Source of the DNA: Candidatus Kerfeldbacteria bacterium
GTDB taxonomy: Bacteria > Patescibacteriota > Patescibacteriia > UBA10025 > JAHIVO01
Reading direction: 5' to 3'
Length of the DNA: 64,000 nt
Assembly: GCA_016214565.1 (NCBI GenBank)
Contig: JACROE010000002.1
Span: forward strand, 212,584 to 276,583
The notes beneath the pieces are model-generated. The model did no database searches. It saw only the letters and a list, made by a program, of their open reading frames with translations, and had not been told where the DNA came from. Of this stretch, positions 9,092 through 21,200 are shown in pieces (within the stretch, counting starts at the first letter, position 1; each line of letters opens with the position of its first letter). The position numbers and the translations under genes were made by a program.

Positions 9092-10824
9092 AAGGTCGGT
9101 GAGAAATAAAAGATGGCTGGCTGAACCGTCAATTCGACGGTGAAGGTCACTGGCGTGTCCCCGACTCGAGCAGCCGGAGTCGCGCTCCCTATCGCCGAAG
9201 TCGCGGTTGTGTTTGTTGATTCGGCCAGGGTTCCAGTAAAAGCAATCCCGGAAACCGTGACGTCAGAAACAAATGACTGAGCCTTTTCAAATACCATAAG
9301 CTGCTTAATCGCGGCGTCATAATTACGGCCAACCGCTTGCAGTGTTACGGTGCCATTTACATCAGCAGACATTGAGGTGAAATACACGTCAGGACTGGTT
9401 GCCCGCTCCAATTCTGAAAAGAATGATGACCAATACACGTGCTTATCCAGCAGTGTGGAAACATTATCAATCTGTACGCGCAATTCATTAATCTCATTAA
9501 GCATTTTCTCGTATGACCGTATTTGAATATCCGCAATGACGATCTGGTTATTCATTTTATTTATCTCGGTAGTAATCGAATTGTAATACCAGTTTGCCCA
9601 GAGCCACCCGCCAAAAACGACGCCCACGGCCACTACAATAAATGTTGCCAGCATCATCACCCGCGAAATCGAAATTTCTTGTTCAAGCGATTCTTCGGGT
9701 ACTAGGTTGACTTCCCAATTCGTGCCAAGCGGTGCGCCAGCGCCCAAACCAGCCTGAGCCTGTAGCGTGTGAGAGGCCGCTGCTGGCCGATGAAATAATT
9801 CCTTGAACCATTGCAGCAAACGCATCCACCCCGAGAGCTGCTGTTTTTTTGGCTCAGCCTGGGTCATGGGTTGCGCTTCAGTCATGCGCATAGCTTCGTT
9901 TGTTGCGTGTTTTTTCTTCGGCACTGCCTGCACTATCGGAATTGTCGGGGCTGGCGGAACCACGGGCATTGCCGGCACAGCCGGTTTGGCAACTGACGGA
10001 ATTGGTACACTCGAAACTACCGGCTTCGAAAATTTAATCGCCGGAGCTGGAGAAGGTGTCGTGGGCGCAATAACCGTTGGACGTACCGGTTGAATTACTT
10101 TTGGCGTTGGAGCAATGATTGGCGATGAAACTGCCGCAGCTTTGAAACGGACTGACAAGGCGGGCTCAACCGGTGTGGGCATTGCCTCTATTTCTGTTGC
10201 CGCAGGTTTTACCACTGCCGGCTTCTCTGCTCGCGCAAACAACCCACGTAACCAATGCAATAATCGAGTAAAGAATGATCCCTGATGGGTAGACTTGCTC
10301 AAACCAGCAACAGTCGTCACCGTAATCACGTCTCCATGACGATGCTGATCATCCACGGGCTGTGATACTTCCCTTTCTGAACGTACGGGCGAGTATTTAG
10401 GAAACCGTTCGCCCAGTGGCTGGGTTGGTACAGCGGGCGCAACTGGAGCCGACTGACGCCGCATAAAGCGCGCCAAAAATCCACCCGAATCTTTTGGTAA
10501 TGGATGGGGCGTTACAACTGGTTTCGCCGCTGGTTTCACATATGTGATTACCTTCTTTTCAGGTAGAGCGGGTGCCGCTCGATATACAATATGCTCCTCA
10601 ATATTCACTTTGCGCTCGGGTAAACGAACTGCTGTTTCGTCAGCAACTTGTTTTTTTGGTCGAGAAAAAGCACCCTTAAAAAATGTCAAAACACCTGCCC
10701 GCTTCACGCTTGATCGCGATTTTTCGCTATGCGTGGGGCCAGTCATGACAATGGTTTGTTCGCGGGATTGTTTTTCGGTTTTTGCTTTTGCTTTTTCCTC
10801 GCTAGGGAGGAGATTGATCGCCAT
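9088..10824 (-). CDS. pilN: PilN-like pilus assembly protein with approx. 380-aa Pro/Ala-rich insertion
   Basis: Starts MAINLLP (PilN INLLP motif). Single TM near residue 395 (VMMLATFIVVAVGVVFGGWLW). The C-terminal approx. 180 aa looks like a PilN periplasmic domain. A long low-complexity PAxP region separates the INLLP motif from the TM. Confidence 0.6.
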   Translation of the reverse strand: MAINLLPSEEKAKAKTEKQSREQTIVMTGPTHSEKSRSSVKRAGVLTFFKGAFSRPKKQVADETAVRLPERKVNIEEHIVYRAAPALPEKKVITYVKPAAKPVVTPHPLPKDSGGFLARFMRRQSAPVAPAVPTQPLGERFPKYSPVRSEREVSQPVDDQHRHGDVITVTTVAGLSKSTHQGSFFTRLLHWLRGLFARAEKPAVVKPAATEIEAMPTPVEPALSVRFKAAAVSSPIIAPTPKVIQPVRPTVIAPTTPSPAPAIKFSKPVVSSVPIPSVAKPAVPAMPVVPPAPTIPIVQAVPKKKHATNEAMRMTEAQPMTQAEPKKQQLSGWMRLLQWFKELFHRPAAASHTLQAQAGLGAGAPLGTNWEVNLVPEESLEQEISISRVMMLATFIVVAVGVVFGGWLWANWYYNSITTEINKMNNQIVIADIQIRSYEKMLNEINELRVQIDNVSTLLDKHVYWSSFFSELERATSPDVYFTSMSADVNGTVTLQAVGRNYDAAIKQLMVFEKAQSFVSDVTVSGIAFTGTLAESTNTTATSAIGSATPAARVGDTPVTFTVELTVQPAIFYFSPTL

Positions 10825-11030
10825 AGTTTTGCCTCCTTTTGTTTTTTGTTTTGTGGGGTACGTGCTTTGGCGAGATGCACGGATACAACCAAGACCCTCA
10901 TATCAGGGTGCTCGGCTTTTTTATTCAGGCAAATAATAGTTTTTCCCTATATTTACCTTAATATACATATATTTTAGCACATTTAAAAACTAAAGTCAAG
11001 CACCTCTGACCTTAAAATGCATAATTCAAA

Positions 11031-12206
11031 TTATTGCAACTCTCGCATGGCCAAACCGATAGCAACGGACATGCGCGGACCCAATTCACGTAATAATGAA
11101 TCAATTTCAACCGGATGCACCACGCGCGCCCAAGGATCGCCCACAAACGACCGAATGTTGAAGCTTTCTTGAATATACTGGGTTATGTTACCGAGAAAAG
11201 CCGAACCGCCAGTTAACACAACTTTTGAAATCGGCTGTTTATTCTGATTTCGGTAAATATTAGTAATATATCGAATTTCATTCATGATAGCGTTGATCAC
11301 GTATTTCACTTGCTTTGGCAATTGGTCAAGCGGCTGATTAGCCATTGAAATAGTGAGATCACGCTTCATTTGCTCAGCCTGTTCATACGAAACCTGCATC
11401 GAATCCACAATCGCCTGGGTGATACTTTTCCCTCCGAGGTCAATACTCCGATTCAAGATAGGCACGCCGTCAGCATAAATGATAATACTCGTCGCTCCGC
11501 CGCCGATATCAATGACCATGATGGGATTGTGATCATTCCCTACCAGCGAGCGCTCGATAGCGAATGATTCTGTTTCCAAACCAACTAATCGGAGGCCAAC
11601 GTCTTTAAAAAGGGCAACGTAATTATTTACTAAATTTTTGGGAGCGGCGGTTAAGAGAACCTTCAGATTTGGTTTTGAGTCTCCTCCAATAATACTCCGC
11701 TTATCAACGGTATCTTTCGCTGAAGCCCCTTTATCCGTTGGATTTGTGTTCGGGACATTCAATCCTGCAGTATTTATCTCTTTCTCTTTCTTCCTCTTTT
11801 TGTCCTCTTGCTTACCATCGTCGCCAGGCATGCCGCCTAATACCTCCCAATCCAAAATCATTTCCTCTAAGGGAATAGGTACAAATTTCTTCGCTTCCCA
11901 TCGCACCGCTGAAATCAAATCCTTCTTATTCATGGCGGGTAGACTGATGATCGAACTGAATACGCTAAAGCTTGGCAGTGCCGCTACCGCATTTTCTGTG
12001 GATACCTTGGCGCGCTTCAGCAACTCACGCAAATGCTCAGCGATTGCCGCCCGCGCTTCTTTCGTATCATCCTTCACGATATTGTATGTCTCATCAATAA
12101 AACCATACGTCACCAGCTGAGGGCGATTCTGCTCTAACTGCAATTCAACAATCTTAATACTGGATCCTCCTAAATCGATTCCGACGTAACTTTGTTTTTT
12201 TGCCAT
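11031..12206 (-). CDS. pilM: PilM (actin-like ATPase of the type IV pilus inner membrane complex)
   Basis: SYVGIDLGGSSIKIVEL...MVIDIGGGATSIIIY...LTGGSA are actin/FtsA-fold phosphate motifs. 391 aa with a Lys/Glu-rich insert. Confidence 0.85.
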   Translation of the reverse strand: MAKKQSYVGIDLGGSSIKIVELQLEQNRPQLVTYGFIDETYNIVKDDTKEARAAIAEHLRELLKRAKVSTENAVAALPSFSVFSSIISLPAMNKKDLISAVRWEAKKFVPIPLEEMILDWEVLGGMPGDDGKQEDKKRKKEKEINTAGLNVPNTNPTDKGASAKDTVDKRSIIGGDSKPNLKVLLTAAPKNLVNNYVALFKDVGLRLVGLETESFAIERSLVGNDHNPIMVIDIGGGATSIIIYADGVPILNRSIDLGGKSITQAIVDSMQVSYEQAEQMKRDLTISMANQPLDQLPKQVKYVINAIMNEIRYITNIYRNQNKQPISKVVLTGGSAFLGNITQYIQESFNIRSFVGDPWARVVHPVEIDSLLRELGPRMSVAIGLAMRELQ

Positions 12207-12292
12207 AGGTAATTAATGTATAATGTAAAATCTATAATGCATAATCTATGTTCAGAAAATTATACATCATACATTACTCATTATTAAATACT

Positions 12293-15200
12293 TTAGGGAA
12301 CAACGCGCTGATAAAGTGGCAACGCTCGAGTGAAGTCAGCTAAGCCCGGCGGCGTATTGGCCACGACTCTACCATCATACACAATCTGCTCCGCACCTTC
12401 AAGGTTTTTGGTATAGGTACGATCAAAATTATAACCGCTGGCGATGAAGAGCCCTGACACATACAACGGCGTCTGATAGTCAATATGCAGCTGACTCGTG
12501 GCTGGATTAATAGGTCGCGTTTCATTGAGCGCGGCAAATGTTTCATTGCCACCGCGGCGCAGACGAATGCCAATGTGATTTCCTACGGTGTAGCCAGCGC
12601 GGTCAATCCAGGATTGAATGAGCGATGTGCTATCGGTCAGCCAATGGACACTCCCTGTTCCCCAGGCCCCGGCGGCTACATCTTCTGCCACTTCTGATAC
12701 ATCCTGAGTCATCGCGTATTCAAATGGATTTGCTCCAATTACCGGCATATCATCTGCCTCAAGCAATCCTTGGCGGAGCTCAAACGGTGCACTTGAACTA
12801 TTGCAATCATTTCCCTGTACGCGCAGATGAGACTCAACGATTTGGGCATTATCGGGCACCTGGGTAAAGCCCGACTGCGGCGCGAAACGTAAGTAAACTC
12901 GATTGGGATTATTCAGATACCAGCCCACGCTCTGACACGGCGAATTCGAACTCCAGCTACCGCCGGTACCCCAGGCAGCAGCATCATCGTCAAATGGGTC
13001 AGCTGCCACATCAGCCAATGTATAAATGGTCCGCTGAGGGGCATACTCAATAACCAGCACGGGCGCGGCTAAACTCAAATGGTCCTGCGACGCGAATGTC
13101 TTGAATTGGTTGGTAGTGGCCTGTCCTTCGTGCAAAACCAAACCAATATAATTCGTGGGGGCATACGCCTCATCATTCAAGAATCGTTTTACCAATGAGG
13201 TGATATCGGGACTATCGTGGGAATCAACCGTATTCCACGCAGTAGTATCATAGGTAACGCTGTTCGATACAACTGAATCAAACAGTGGCAGATTAGGAGT
13301 ATTGGTAAAATTAACCCCGCCAACATTGTTTGAATCCATGAGATAAATACGGCCGGTGAAATCCCCTCCGCTGGTAAGCCCAGTCGAATCAAATCGCAAG
13401 TAAGCACGGCGAATCTCGGCTCCCGCCGGTACATCGGGCATTTGATAACGAAGGAACGTGCGAATTGCCTGTCCCGATGCATTGACGCCAAATGAAGCCG
13501 TCGTGCTCGTCGGCGTATTAGCGCCGGTCGATAATACCGTCGTGTCATCAGGTGATACGGCAACCGTATACGCCACCGGATTTTTACGCCCCGTACTGAT
13601 GATGCCGGATGCAACGCCATCATCAGGATCGCGATCGATCGCCACATACACGCCAGCTAAAGTGTCAACTAATGAATTTACGGTAATATTGCCCCGCACA
13701 ATAAACGCGGCTGACGGCATTTCACTTAAATCAGTAAGCGCCGTATTGTCATAGGTTATTGCCGCATTGATCTCGAGATCACCGTCAATAACGATTAACC
13801 CATTGCCAGTCGTACCACCCGCACCTTTCGTAATCGTCATTGCCGAATTAATCACCGCGTTACCATTGACATAGTAAACCTCTCCGTTCAGAACCGGCGC
13901 CGTGCCCAGACGCGATCCGTTGGCCAAGTCGCCTGCGGTTAACACATTTAAATCATGGCCAAAACGATTCTTCGCACCACCAACGTCGGTAATCAATGAG
14001 TCGATATCGAGTCGAGACAGCACCTTTTCACCAAACGGCAATCCAGCACCGGTCACCAAGGGATTCAATCCCGGCTCTTGTAATTGGCTGGTTGGTAAGC
14101 CAGTCTGAGATGAAGCATAATTCCCTGGGATCCCCTGGATGTCTCCATTGGCCTGAATCAAATAGGTGGCCGTGTATTGGCTTGACCCAGCTGGCGGTGG
14201 AGCCAGCGTCACATTTTCACCAGAGTACACATCACCAAATGACGTCCGAATATACGGGATGCCCAATAACGCGCTGGCTGGGATGAATTCAATCCAGCCG
14301 ACTCCGCTGAGGATAGCCCCTCCGCTTAATTTTGTATACAAAACATTTGAAGATGCGCAGCGGTAGGTGCCAGGCGCTGTCGAAACCTCGAGACATACGG
14401 GATCCTCGCCACCACAATCCGCATCGCCATTGGCGGGATTGCATGCGGTGGCGCTGTAGTGCAGCTCATTCCAGGCAATATGCGGATTTGCATTTCGATC
14501 CAGTGCTAGACTTGGGCTCGTCGAAGAATCCGCAGTCACCCCGGCTGTTAACTGAGGATCATCATAATTCTGCATGCCACCCTCAATCCCATAATCCCCC
14601 GTAGCAGTAACCCAGGCTCCCTGGCCACCATTTGATTCTTGGTCCCAATACCGATATCGAACATCAGGAACCGCGGGAGGCTCGGTATCATCAGCCCAAG
14701 TAATATGCGGTTGGTCATCAGCATCAATCGCCAAAGTTGGCGCCCCGCCCATCTGAGCATGGCGCTGGGTTTCTCCCGTGACTACACCATTAACCAATAT
14801 ATTAGTCATCGCTGTACTTCCGCTGACCGTTACCCAATTAGTCCCGTTCCACGTCCGATACAGTACGAACTGTGGATCGCGCCAGACGATACCCGGCCGT
14901 CCTGCCGATGTCAGGGCGATGTCCGGATCCTGCCCATTGATAGTGACAATCTCATCTAATGCATCAACGCCTGCGTTCACCTGCAGATTAGTTGTGTTGG
15001 TTTGACCACTGGCGGTTACCCAATTCACACCATTCCAAGTGCGATAATTAATCTGCGCACCATTAACCCAGACAATATGGGGGATAGCTGGGGTTGATTG
15101 GGTAACGGTAAGTTTTGGGAACCATTCGGGAATTGATCCAGCAAGACTATTACTGACTTGAATATCATCAACTCCGCCGTCGGGATCAATCCAGACCCCA

Positions 15201-18200
15201 CCTGATTTCCAACGATAATACACTTCAGCCGTATTACCATTGCCAAAACGATACACCACATGAGGATTCGATCCCGCGTCCAGGGCGAGGTCAGGCATGC
15301 CGCCATTATCTATCTTTTCCGGAGTCGTCCAATTTCCTCCTGCATCATCATAATAGGAGAAAAATACTTCCCCATTTTGATCGTACGTGCCTCCTTGCTG
15401 CCAAACAATATATGGCCTATCTCCACTTAATTGGAGCGATGGCCAAAATGCGTCCACGCCATTGATATTGCTCACATTCAGACGTGATGATTGAGGATCG
15501 GTCGTGCCTGGCACATACGCAGTTCCATTTGCCGTCTCCCATTCACCAGCCTTGAGCCGAGCATAATAAATTTGATACGAGTTATTAGTACTATTATATT
15601 CACTCCAGGCCATATGTGGATCCCCGATGGAATCAACCACCAGTGAAGGCGAGCCGTAATTATCCCCCTGATCGCTCGCCGCCCGACCTGAGGCGGTCAC
15701 GCGGACATGCGGCAACCAAACTGAATTATTGTGCGTCTGCGGGATGAGTGAAGCTTGCCAGCCCCATCCAAACAATGTGTAGAGGGATACGTCCGTTGGA
15801 TTTACATCAGGGTCGCCCAGGAATTGCTGGGAATCTATCTCGGTGCCGGATAATGTGTATCGACCGGAACGAGTCGCCCCATCATCGTACGTACCACCCA
15901 GGCGAATCCAGCCCCAATCATCATAGCCCAGCGCTTCCCCTTCTGACTTCAGGGACATGATACGCGCCCATCCGGTAACTTCTCGAGTGATACCGCTGAA
16001 GCTGGCAGTGGCAATTGCCTTGCACTGCTCATCAGCGCCCGTGGGAGCGTAATCAGGACAGTCACTCTGCGTAGCGCATGTCTCGAAGACGCATGATTCA
16101 CCGGCCAGACAATCGGTATCGGCCACGCACGCACCAATGCCATCGGAACACACGCCATACCGCTGGCCAGACGATCCGGCTTGGTCATAGCAATACCCAT
16201 AGCCGTGCCCGCTCGAAGTAGCTTGCGCGACTTTTACCAGATTGCCACCGCCACTGAGAAGGCCCGAGGTCGTGACCGTCCAAATCGCATTATTTCGATA
16301 CATAATCTGAGAACCCATGACATAATCACGTGAAGAAACTTTATAACTATTAACCAGTGTCATAGTAGAGGCCTCATACTGGAAAATTCGAGCTTGGGAA
16401 TTGCTGCACCCGCCACCGACCGAACTACAAGCCGCCCGCTGACAATAATTTCCCGCTCCACTGCATTGATAATCAAAATCACAGACAGCTCCACCGATAG
16501 CGCAGGTTCCTTCACTTCCCTGGGCGCTACACAGAATCGTCGCATCATTATTACAATTACCTAGTCCCGTATGTGCCGTCATCCAGAGATAACGGCCGTC
16601 ATAGGCAATGCCCTGCGGATACTGGGGATGATCAAATTCTATCGTATCAATTATCGAACCGGCGACTGGGTCAATAATCATTACCGCGCCAATGCCAAAC
16701 TGACCTCGTGGATGACTTGACGACGCAGTCAGCGGTACATACAAACTGGCATTAACCCGCACCACGTCATAATACGCAAAGGCATAACCCGATGGCAACG
16801 GGATGGATTGAATCGTTCCGGTATTCAAGTCGAGACGCGCGATGGATGTTTCATAAACATGGCCTGTCCACAATGAATGAGTGGTCACATCAATATTTGC
16901 ATCTACGGGACGACGACCAGTGCCCCAATGCGTACCAGCAACGGCAATGCATGCCGCCTCAGTGGCATAGGCTGAATTAGAACAGCGACCACAGCGACGC
17001 GGCGCACCACCTGCCGGGAGGCCAGTATCACAATGGACTTCAGTATTGGTCGCGGGATCTATGCGTGATATTGAACCCCACCAATTGCCACCAGCGCCAC
17101 CGCCGCCAGCTTCCTGATTAATAACATAAATATCTCCGGAGGTTGGATCATAATCAATACCTTCGGGATTGCATTGTGGGTCAGTATCGTGCGCGTCAGC
17201 ACAGCTCACCAGATTGATGGTTGCTTCCACCGCCAAGGTCGTCGGATTTATGCGATACACCTGATTAGTCCCGTACGCGGTCACCCACACCGCAGTGCCA
17301 TCAAACGCCGCATCCAGCGGACGCAACCCACCGATGGCCTTCAGGTCGACATACCCAACCGTGGTCATATCACTGACGCGTACTTTCAATACGCCATGAT
17401 CAGCATTAGCCGGTGAATTAGACCAGTCCGTCCCCAGCGTAATCCAGTAATACGGACCTCCGGCGGTCACGCTGTCATAAGCAAATTTATGCAGGAAACC
17501 GGGACGGGGTTGTTTCACGTCATTCCAGGAGGCTGCCCAGTCAGTGGTCTGGGGCGGCGTACCAGCGCTTTCCACACATGTAGCTCCTTTACAATCAAAA
17601 CTATCCGCGCACGCCTGCTGGGTATTATTAGCACAGACATTGGTATTAAATGTAATCCAACCGACACCCGCTTCGCCATATCCCGCATCCCAGAATCGGT
17701 AGTGCACATTCCAGTCGTTTGGCGTGAGACCATCGGACTCGCTCCACAGCAGATACGGATCTCCCTCCCCATCAATGTCAAACGCCAGGCCACGGATATC
17801 AAATCCGGTGCGTCGAGCCGCTTCGAGATTGGCATCATTATTTCCTCCGCCGTATGCGCCACTGGTAGTTATCCAGGCACCGGCGCCGCTATTTGCGGCC
17901 GGATCATAATTACGATACCGAATAATCTGAGGATTGCCAGATTCATACCCCATCACATGCGGATGACGTTGACGATCAACCTTCAGATCAATGGCAGACA
18001 CGTTTCCACCTACGCCGGGATTATACGTCGCGCTAGTATCTGCGGGCACGGTGCCGTCAGCCGCTGCCCAGGCTGAACCATTCCAGGTAATATACCGCGC
18101 GCCACTCGTCGTTGCCCAGGCAATATGCGGCGTAACATTCCGGTCAAGCACAATCTTTGGACTTTTAACTCCGGTCGTAGCGCCATTGACGGCAACCTCA

Positions 18201-21200
18201 GCAGACCAGGCGCTACCATTCCAATATCGATACAGTACTTGATTAGCCGCGTCACCCCACACCACATACGGATAGCCTGTGGTGGGATCAACGGCTAATG
18301 ACGGCTGATGATCAGTAGATGTCGTATTGGCAATATCATCGAAATCCGGACCGCCATTTGGCCGTACCCAATCAGCGCCACCCCACTCGGTATAGTAGAC
18401 ATCATAGGTGCCACCGACTTTCGATTTCTTGAAGGCGATATGCGCCTGATTGAGTGCATCGATGGCAATCGAGGGATACAAATCATCGAGGTTCCCCGTG
18501 ATCACGTTCGTGGATACGTCAATTTTTTCATTCGTGGCATTCGTCGTGCCAGGCCGATACACAGTGCCCGTCGGCGCTACCCAAGCGCCAAATCCATTCT
18601 GCGCTTCCGGATTCCAGCGGAGATACCAAATATGATAATAATCTGAAATACCAGCCACCTTCTCGGCCCAGGCAATATGGGGATTCGCATTTTCATCAAA
18701 CACCAGCGTTGGTTGCATTGAATCAAGGCTGGTCTGAGAAATATTATCCGCTCCCAGCGCACCGGCAGCCGTCACCCACTCGCGACCATTCCATCGCTGG
18801 TAGAAAATATCTTTGGTATTGCCCGCACTCGGCCAAGCCTCTGCCCACACCCGATGCACCCGGCCAAATGCGTCAATAACAATGTTCTTATCCGATGAAT
18901 TCGCACTATTGGTCTGCGCCGGCTTATTCGTATTCACTGTCTCGACGGTGCTCCACTGCTCCTCGGGGATGCTCCGACCGGATGAGGACCAGGCATACCC
19001 GGTCACTGGATTGACGTCGCGCGTTTCCTCGAACATGGTATTGACCCCCCAGTCCTCGGAAGTGCCACAACTAAAGCCAAATCCCGTGAGATTATACAGA
19101 TTGAGGCAGTTCGTGGAAATCCAGCCAAGATTTGATGACCAGGCCCAACCCACGATGTTATTCCGCACTAAGAATAGAGTGGCCTTAGGCCCAAATGATG
19201 TTTCAATGCAGGTATTCCCTGCCACGCATCCGCTGGCAACAATGGTCGGACCGTCGCCGTTGCGGGCTTTCATGGCAAAATCATATTTACTCGAGGGATC
19301 CAGCGCTACATCAATACCATTATTACTGCCCCACTGGCTATAGGTCGCCCAGATGCCTGAGCTGTCGCCTGAGGCACACTGGAAATTACCGCCTGACATA
19401 TCAATACTCCCATCAGTCCGGGCGTATCGCTCATACTCAACATTACCATTACTATCATATTTAGTGACGCACAGAGCGTATTGGGTTTCTGGAATGCCGG
19501 CACCACCCTGAGGATTGCCATCGGTAGTGCGGACGGTTACATTTGCCGAGGTGCCTGACTCTGCCCGAACTAATATCGGCGCAGCTGGAATAGCCGCTAG
19601 CGTATAGCGGCAGGTCACGCCAGCGCCGGGAACAAATGAATTAATATCCCCGGTACCATTGACCAGGCGATCGGCATTCGCGGAACGCGCCTGGTAGCAG
19701 TAATTCCGATTGGCTGACAAACCACTATCCGTGACACTATTGGAAGTAATATATTGAGTCGTATGGTTGCTAAATCCAGCCTCACCACCACCGCCTGGTG
19801 CTGATGGATTATTTTCAAACGAAATTCCTGAGTTCGGCGTAGTCAGATTATTAAATGTGCTACCACTCGAATTCGCCATCACTGAAATCTGGTTAGTCTG
19901 AACATCGGTAAACGAAATCGAACCAACCGTCTCAATCGACGTATAGGCTCCAATGCTCCCCGTTAACGGATTACTTCTACCCAGGCGGCCTCGACTGTCA
20001 CGGGCGCGCACCGAAATAGTGCATCGTTGATTTGCATCACTTGTACCGGCATTGCCATCATTGCTCGAATGGATATAATTTGTCCCCGCGGTATTGAAGG
20101 CAAGCGGCGTACTCCGACAATATTGATTATAGGTACCCGTATAATCAACCACCGGCGCGCCACCGACAGGCGCATTCCACAGCCAGCGCAGACTATTAGT
20201 CGTTTGACTGTCGTGATTCGGCGTTTGGTACGTAATTTCACACGGCGGAAGCGTATCAGATGGTGGAATAAAAAGTAGCAACGGAGTGACCTCACTGCTA
20301 GAATTGCGCACCTCTACCTTATAATACTGATAGGTATGAGAAAGTGAACACGCCACCCAAGAATTGATAATGTTATCATTAAATGTTTTGACGGTACTGC
20401 CGATCCATCTTTTTGTTTCCCAGGGTAGCGCTGTCCAGGTCCCCCCTTCACAATCGTCTGCAAATGGACGGGTACAATACGACACTCGATACGAGGTGGT
20501 GTCGCTTGGATTTTCCGGCGATTGCTCGGTGATAGTGACCGCACAATAATAATCATCGGTATCGTCATCTACGCCATCCACATGATTACATGCCACGGTA
20601 ACATTGGGCTGGGCAGCATAGGTCCGCACCGGTCCGCCCGAACCTGACCACTGACCACACCGCTCCACATTTCCGTTACTGGCATTACCATTATCGCACC
20701 CCCGCACCGTAACCGTATACTGTTGATTTGGGCTGAGATTAGACTGTGTCCATGGATCATTCCCCGCCGGAGTGATATTCGGATATAAAATAGAACTCTG
20801 AAAATCAACCTGATACAGCCCCTCGGTGTCACGCGTATACGGAGCCGTCCAATCCCATTTGATATAGTTATGACCTTTGTTTGGATTGCATACTAAAATT
20901 GAACACAGCACTGGTGCGCTAGGTGCACACGGTGGCAGTGTATCATCCTTGACTGCTGAAGCGGCAGAATTTGTGGTTGAGGCATTATTGCCAGTCATTG
21001 AGGCATACACCCGAAAATAGAGCCGTGTGTTTGTGGCATTGGTGCAGCTTAAATTTTTAAACCGAACCGTCTGTCCATTCTGAAACGTTTGCGACCAATT
21101 CTGAGCATTATAAGTACCCAGTGCGCCACCGGGAATATACCCCTGAACATCAGTCCAGGCCGACGCACCATCATATGACCGCTGCACTTTATAGAAGTAT

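Noticed and set aside
10825-11030. 206-bp intergenic region between pilM and pilN with a plus-strand hairpin (ACCCT-CATATC-AGGGT) followed by a T-run: considered as a terminator
   Set aside because: Orientation is wrong for the minus-strand operon. The stem is short (5 bp) and 7 nt away from the T-run. It is more likely part of the pilN 5' leader.
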